Source: Candidatus Bathyarchaeota archaeon
GTDB taxonomy: Archaea; Thermoproteota; Bathyarchaeia; 40CM-2-53-6; RBG-13-38-9
Assembly (NCBI GenBank): GCA_963807605.1
Contig: CAWECG010000004.1
Location: forward strand, 256,001 to 320,000
Direction of reading: 5' to 3'
DNA length: 64,000 bases
Below, one piece after another: positions 58,654 to 64,000 of this stretch. Under the pieces are notes generated by a model. It saw only the letters and a list, made by a program, of their open reading frames with translations. It did not search any database and had not been told where the DNA came from. A program made the position numbers and the translations under genes. Positions within the stretch are counted from its first letter, which is position 1; each line of letters opens with the position of its first letter.

Positions 58654-59553
58654 TTGACAAAACCAGGAGCCTTGTTCACGAGATTTGATATAATGCAAGA
58701 GTACAACTCAGCCGTGGGCGTCAAAGGTTTTGTAAAGCATAATGCCAGACTATTAGGGTGGTCTATGAAAGTGCGTTTCGACGTGGTCGGAGACATAGCC
58801 ATAATCAAAAGTTCGACGCAAGAGGCAGAGACGCTGATAGCAGAGTCAATTTTGCGGAATAACCGTCGGTTAAGGGTTGTTCTGGCCCAATCTGGGCCTG
58901 TCCAAGGAACGTTTCGCCTTCGCGAATTAAGGCCAGTGGCTGGAGAGAAAAGAACGACTACTGTTCACCGTGAGAACGGATGCATCTTCCACATAGACTT
59001 GGCTACTACGCATTTCTCTCCGAGGCTGGTTCACGAGCGTAGACTAGTTTCAGAGAGTGTCGGCCTGGGAGAGAGTGTCCTAAATATGTTCGGTGGCGCC
59101 GGGACTTTCTCCATTGAGATAGCCAAGAAGAATCCGTCATCCACAGTCTACAACGTAGATATCAACCCAGATGCCATACGAATGACTTTGAAGAATGTGC
59201 TGAGTAACAGACTTAGAGGAAAAGTCATAGCAGTCCTCGCTGATGCCAAGGAAGCAGCGATCGAGATCTTCCCTAACAGGTCAGACAGAATTCTCTTACC
59301 ACTGCCAGAGAAATCACGCGAATATTTGGATATAGCCATCTTGGCATTGAAACGCCAGGGAGTCATCCGGTACTACGATTTCGTTGATGCTGGAAAGGGA
59401 GAATATCCCGTAAGAAAAGGGTTTGAGAGAATAGCACCTTTGATCAACTGCAAAAGCGTTTTCTTTGGTGGTGGCAGGACCGTGAAAAGCGTAGCGCCAA
59501 GGAGATACCTCATCTCCCTTGAGCTTCAGAAGAGAGGCGTGAAATCTAGTTAA
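58654..59553 (+). CDS. Trm5/Met-10+-like tRNA methyltransferase (start uncertain, possibly 58765)
   Basis: FDVVGDIAI, VHRENGC, FSPRL, NMFGGAGTF and DINPDA motifs. Confidence 0.85.
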   Translation: MTKPGALFTRFDIMQEYNSAVGVKGFVKHNARLLGWSMKVRFDVVGDIAIIKSSTQEAETLIAESILRNNRRLRVVLAQSGPVQGTFRLRELRPVAGEKRTTTVHRENGCIFHIDLATTHFSPRLVHERRLVSESVGLGESVLNMFGGAGTFSIEIAKKNPSSTVYNVDINPDAIRMTLKNVLSNRLRGKVIAVLADAKEAAIEIFPNRSDRILLPLPEKSREYLDIAILALKRQGVIRYYDFVDAGKGEYPVRKGFERIAPLINCKSVFFGGGRTVKSVAPRRYLISLELQKRGVKSS

Positions 59554-59614
59554 ACACAGCTTGAAACTCAAGACGTGCTAGTATAATCGAGTTGTTCCTG
59601 CAAATCTAGGGCAA

Positions 59615-59863
59615 CTAACCAAGTTGACCTGAGCAGTGAACCTGCCCCTTTATTCTTCGTACAAAACTACTACAAGTGAAACATTCCACAAAAGACTTTG
59701 TCGTCATGGTGACCGGGCATTCAACGTACTCCTTTTTCATTCTCGCTATTGTCTTGCCGCCGACGACCCCTTTGAGCTGTTCGACCTTTTCTTTTGGAAC
59801 TTTGGTGCGGGCGGTAGAGGTCTTGATCTCGATAATGTGTTCTTCGACATTCACCTTACTCAT
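59615..59863 (-). CDS. small Zn-binding hypothetical protein
   Basis: VECP...CFTC...VHC motifs. Confidence 0.65.
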   Translation of the reverse strand: MSKVNVEEHIIEIKTSTARTKVPKEKVEQLKGVVGGKTIARMKKEYVECPVTMTTKSFVECFTCSSFVRRIKGQVHCSGQLG

Positions 59864-60239
59864 TCAGACATCATTTCCTCGAGAAGGAATTTTCCCTGCC
59901 GTCTGCTGGGGGAAGCGGAATGATATCTCATGTAAAGCATTTCAGATGACGCCTTAGTACCGTGGAGAATGAATATAAGGTTGTTTGCCACTGCGATTCG
60001 GTCTCTTCAATTCGATTATCGAACTTTGTCGCTCGCGCGAGACATATTTTGCCTTCGGGTCTCCTGAGAGTGCAGTTAGTTTGCAAGGTTGACAGCGGGC
60101 GCTGTTGCAGCCAAAAGGAATCCACGCAAGCTCCACTTCCTGCGCATAGAAGCTTCAGTGCAATAGTCAGCTGAGGCGGAGCAAAACGAAGCGAATATAA
60201 GGTTATTAATACGATTAAGCCGACACTGTGTGAATAGAT

Positions 60240-60620
60240 TTGCGTCAAAGATTGATTCTTATCAGCACGATCGTTATTCTGGCGTTTATCGACCTAGTCA
60301 TTGAATTGCAAGTCTTGCCCTGGCTATACCGGGGCATCCCTATTCCATTTCCCGAAACCTCTAAGCCGATCGGGAATACCTTGTTTTCTGCCACTTCGTT
60401 GCACATGGCACTGATCGGGTTCGATCTGCTGGTGCTTATGTTCGTCCTTCCGAGAACGGGTTACGCGAGTCGGTCAATACCTTCCAAGAGCAGTGATTGG
60501 TTGGATCTTCTTGCATTCTTGGCTCTCGCTATTTCAGGCATCGTCATGTGGTTCTATCCGGTATTCATGTTGGTCTTCCTGAGTGCTGGGATCTATCTCT
60601 TGCTTACCGAGATGCGCTGA
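60240..60620 (+). CDS. hypothetical membrane protein
   Basis: Three to four TM segments. Confidence 0.55.
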   Translation: MRQRLILISTIVILAFIDLVIELQVLPWLYRGIPIPFPETSKPIGNTLFSATSLHMALIGFDLLVLMFVLPRTGYASRSIPSKSSDWLDLLAFLALAISGIVMWFYPVFMLVFLSAGIYLLLTEMR

Positions 60621-60622
60621 CT

Positions 60623-61585
60623 TCAGTCGAATAAATCCCTAAGTCCGATGCCCAAAAGTCCGAGGATCATCACAATGCCAACTGGGAGAGCGCGAAGAAA
60701 TCTCTTTACAGAACGGTAGTGCCAGACTCCGACTCCGATAAGGGGTGCAAGAAGCACAATAAACATGTGGTTTACCAAGCATAGTATTGGGAGAATGAGA
60801 TAGGCGCCGTAATAGGTGTAGGTTCTCCTGAGTCTCCGGGTCAGTAGCCCTTCTTTCAGTAGTAGATAATGGTATAGAGGTACCTCAGACATTCGCTTTC
60901 TCACATGATCACTGTAGCTGAATGGCTTCATGTGGGTTACCCTCATCTGGCTGTAACTCACGAGTTTGAATCCAAGCCTTTCTGCCATAGCCCCCAACCA
61001 CAGGTCGTCGGCTTTTGCAAATCGTTCATCAATTGTCCAGTCGACTCTGTCTAGTAGCTTTCTAGAGATTATTGTGCAGCCTAGGGTAATGTCGACATCG
61101 GGGGAATTAGCGGGTTGTGAATTGTCACTTGAGTAGATGTAGGGGACAGAAGCCATCCCAATAAGCAAATCTCTTTGAAGAAGCCCTACAAGGGCTTTCA
61201 TGGTTCCTTGACTTATGGCAACATCGGAATCTATGCTAACAATGTATTCCGCCTCGGTCTGTCTAGCCAGGTGGAGGCATCCATTTCTGGCTCTTGCAAT
61301 ATTGCCCTGGGATGGATGGGCCTCTCTTTGGTGGACAAGCGCATAGTACTCAAATTCGTGTACCTGTATGAAGTCTTGGAGTATTTGACTTGATGAGTCT
61401 GTCGAGCCATCGAAGAAGATCAAAGTTATCTTCTTCTTGTTGTAGGAGTCGTTGTCTATTCGCTCGAGTGTAGTTAGCAGCGTGCTTTTTCTGTTGCTAA
61501 CAGGAATGCACACTGCAATGTGGGGCCAGTTCTCCCCATGATTGCTAGCAGGATCAGTTGGATTGTGGCGTGATTCCATCAACAA
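60623..61585 (-). CDS. glycosyltransferase family 2
   Basis: IPV, DGSTD, RARN and IDSD motifs; C-terminal TM segments. Confidence 0.8.
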   Translation of the reverse strand: MLMESRHNPTDPASNHGENWPHIAVCIPVSNRKSTLLTTLERIDNDSYNKKKITLIFFDGSTDSSSQILQDFIQVHEFEYYALVHQREAHPSQGNIARARNGCLHLARQTEAEYIVSIDSDVAISQGTMKALVGLLQRDLLIGMASVPYIYSSDNSQPANSPDVDITLGCTIISRKLLDRVDWTIDERFAKADDLWLGAMAERLGFKLVSYSQMRVTHMKPFSYSDHVRKRMSEVPLYHYLLLKEGLLTRRLRRTYTYYGAYLILPILCLVNHMFIVLLAPLIGVGVWHYRSVKRFLRALPVGIVMILGLLGIGLRDLFD

Positions 61586-62390
61586 GCCAGCCGGCGATCA
61601 TCATCCTATAGGCATCAGCTTGCCATTTAGCCACATTGATATCTCTCGTTAGAGCGTATATCCAAGCTGCCTTTGGCACTCCCAAGAGAGTAAATAGGAG
61701 AATCCTTTTCCAGCTATAGTATCCGTAAGCTCTGGCAATCTTCCCAAACTCAATTAGATCTCTTATGTTCCTAGAGCTTAGGTTTGCATAGTGATAGCAT
61801 GGTGCTGTCTTTGTGGAAACCCAAACGAATCCTTTCCTCACGATGTGCTGTTTAATGTATTCGTCTTCCCAGACATGTAATCTGGAGGGGATTCTTATGC
61901 CCCTTACAAGTTCGGTGCGAATGATCGTATCATGGAGCATGCCACGTCTTCGTCCTTCTATAAGCATCGTGTCTTCGAGGGATCTCCTGTAGAATTTTGA
62001 AACGGCAAGGCATCTTTTCAGATCGCTCGGAGCGGTCGGTATTGCGACCCCCCAGACGGCACCAGTGTTGCTTGCGATGTGTTTTCTAATCCTTGTGAAC
62101 CAATCTTTGCAGAGAACCAAGTCGCTGTCGACAAACGCAAACCAGTCAGTCTCTACTTCTTCTATTCCTTTTTCTCTCGCCGTTCCTCTGCTCCCCTCCA
62201 CTTGTATGATGGACACGTTGGGGTAGGACTTCAGAATGCGAATCGTATTATCTTCACTATGACCATCCACGACTATGAGTCTGTTAACAGGCACATTTGC
62301 GTAGATGCTTTCGAGACACATTTTGAGGAGTGGTTTTTCACTATTCCTTGTCAGGATAACTACATCTATCCGCCGAGGTTCATTGCTCAT
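61554..62390 (-). CDS. glycosyltransferase family 2
   Basis: VVDGHSEDNT, FVDSD and WED motifs. Confidence 0.88.
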   Translation of the reverse strand: MSNEPRRIDVVILTRNSEKPLLKMCLESIYANVPVNRLIVVDGHSEDNTIRILKSYPNVSIIQVEGSRGTAREKGIEEVETDWFAFVDSDLVLCKDWFTRIRKHIASNTGAVWGVAIPTAPSDLKRCLAVSKFYRRSLEDTMLIEGRRRGMLHDTIIRTELVRGIRIPSRLHVWEDEYIKQHIVRKGFVWVSTKTAPCYHYANLSSRNIRDLIEFGKIARAYGYYSWKRILLFTLLGVPKAAWIYALTRDINVAKWQADAYRMMIAGWLVDGITPQSN

Positions 62391-62498
62391 TGAACATCCT
62401 ACTTCGATCGTTGTGGTCAGACGATGACCTTCATTCTTATAATATATGCCTATTCAGAATACCTAAACTGGTGGTCTTTGATCCCCTGGTGCCTCGCT

Positions 62499-63440
62499 AT
62501 GGATTGGAAACGGTTTTTGGTGGAATACCTCTCTGTGATTCCATTCTCTGCTCCGAAAGTTGCACTATATCGTAAACTTGGGGCAAGAGTAGGAAATAGA
62601 GTTAGCATTGGAAGAGGTTCATTTCTATGGTCGCCCAACTTTCAAAGAGTAACCATAGGCGATGGGGTGACTATTCGAGACAGCACCAGATTCTTCTGTG
62701 ACAGACTTACCGTCGAGGAAGACTCTTATGTTGAGCGCGACTGTTTCGTTTCCGGTTCGGAATTCTTCTTAGGATTTGGAAGCTACTTCGGCCAGAGAAT
62801 GTTCGTTGATTGCACCCAACCGGTGAGGATCGGTGCGGAGGTAATAATCAGCTACACAAACATCTACACTCATGAGATGAACTACACATGGGCTACCGAA
62901 GGAAGGGTTAGGAGAAAATCTGGGCCCGTCATAATTGATCGAAGGGCCTCCCTCGCCCCAGGAATACACATTGCTGCAAATGTGAAGATCGGAGAACATT
63001 CCATCATTGGCTCCGGATCTGTTGTCCTCAAAGATGTCGCCCCTTACACATTAAATGCAGGTGTCCCGTGTAAGGAACTCAGAAGTATCAGAGAGTATTT
63101 TGAAAACACACAAGACATATTGAATGAAGTCAGAGAGGACCTTGAGAGCTACATCAGGCGTCGCTATCCAAAAGAGAGAATCCAACTCGTCTTCGATAAG
63201 TCCTTTGGCATCTCAGCACTCCAGGAAATACCTAAAGGATATCTCCTTTTGGTCGGCAATTCTGTCGATAACGAAGTCTTCAGGACCTTAAGGTCTGATA
63301 GGGAAAGACGTATCACAGCGTTTGATCTGGAAAGGCAGATTTATTACAAGAACGAATCCAAACTGGTGCATGAAGTAAAACATAGAATGCGTCGGTTCGG
63401 CTTAGTCTTTAAACCGTATGGGGTACGATCAGATCAGTAA
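62499..63440 (+). CDS. hexapeptide-repeat acyltransferase
   Basis: GARVGNRVSIG and VKIGEHSIIGSGSVVLKDV..AGVP. Start moved to the ATG at 62499. Confidence 0.85.
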   Translation: MDWKRFLVEYLSVIPFSAPKVALYRKLGARVGNRVSIGRGSFLWSPNFQRVTIGDGVTIRDSTRFFCDRLTVEEDSYVERDCFVSGSEFFLGFGSYFGQRMFVDCTQPVRIGAEVIISYTNIYTHEMNYTWATEGRVRRKSGPVIIDRRASLAPGIHIAANVKIGEHSIIGSGSVVLKDVAPYTLNAGVPCKELRSIREYFENTQDILNEVREDLESYIRRRYPKERIQLVFDKSFGISALQEIPKGYLLLVGNSVDNEVFRTLRSDRERRITAFDLERQIYYKNESKLVHEVKHRMRRFGLVFKPYGVRSDQ

Positions 63441-63752
63441 ACAACGCAATACGTCTTCCAAGTTACAGTGATGAAGGGATTGCTATGGTGGAGAGCTTGG
63501 TTTCAGATGAAACGAAATCTGCCGAAGAAGACTCAAAAACATAGGCGTAGATTTAAATAGGTTTGACGCCGAATCTTGGCTCAGTAAGGTCAAGAAGGAG
63601 TCGTACGATACTGCACAGAACTTTCTTCCGGATGCAACTACAGCTGGCCCAAGCGAACACGGAATGCCCCTTAAACGAGCTTCGAAAAAGTCCAGAGGGT
63701 TTGCTTGATTTCTGCTGGTGCAACGCGAAACAGGAGGGCAAATACGTCTCAT

Positions 63753-64000
63753 ATGACTGAAGTCTGCACCGTATGTGGCCTTCCGAAGGATCTTTGTGTC
63801 TGCGGAACCATAAGCATGGAACAACAGGTAATAAAGGTCCGCCGTGAAATGAGAAAATGGGGCAAGCCCACCACTATTGTAGAAGGCCTTGATCCGAAGA
63901 GTGTCGACCTGAACGGCCTTGCGACGAAACTAAAGGCTTCATGTGCATGTGGAGGCACTGCCAAGGATGGGCAGATAATTCTCCAAGGTGACCACAGAGA
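63753..64000 (+). CDS. sui1: translation initiation factor aIF1/SUI1, runs off the window end
   Basis: Hand translation [17 protein letters not shown]...[24 protein letters not shown]. Confidence 0.95.
   Translation, partial: MTEVCTVCGLPKDLCVCGTISMEQQVIKVRREMRKWGKPTTIVEGLDPKSVDLNGLATKLKASCACGGTAKDGQIILQGDHR

Noticed and set aside
1375-63964. Many short ORFs antisense to or nested in long genes (e.g. 35671-36171, 37603-38142, 44779-45291)
   Set aside because: Shadow ORFs over well-supported genes, with no motifs of their own.

Overview
Archaeal chromosomal segment, most likely Bathyarchaeia or another TACK lineage (inferred from Rpo12, aIF1/SUI1, EndA, TrmI, Trm5, archaeal-type GlyRS, HMG-CoA synthase, KaiC/RAD55 ATPases and a PEF-like sorting tail). 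Layout: (1) 1-6.8 kb, distal half of a complex-I-like group 4 [NiFe]-hydrogenase operon (NuoH/I/J/K/L/M/N-like plus HycI protease); (2) 6.9-10.5 kb, MocA/YqeB/MoeA-like molybdenum(-selenium) cofactor genes and a DUF2304+GT2 pair; (3) 10.55-19.4 kb, the most unusual region, a back-to-back array of about 4-kb cargo-carrying IS6-like transposons. Every unit is preceded by the same 8-bp sequence CTATTTCT. The two complete units each have a SWIM/Zn-ribbon DDE transposase, a divergent ribbon-helix-helix gene with palindromic operators around a shared TATA box, multi-site terminal inverted repeats, nested relic ends and unrelated cargo; the third unit is decayed; (4) 19.4-31.5 kb, surface-protein, GT-C and KaiC locus; (5) 31.7-64 kb, mostly housekeeping and metabolic genes, including an NTase-kinase fusion, K+-independent H+-PPase, MTAP, an HMG-CoA synthase-DUF35 fusion, frameshifted GlyRS, and a HAD/V4R/geranylgeranyl reductase/class I prenyl-synthase cluster. 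No tRNA, rRNA or CRISPR array was recognised. All product calls come from motif recognition by eye, not database searches.
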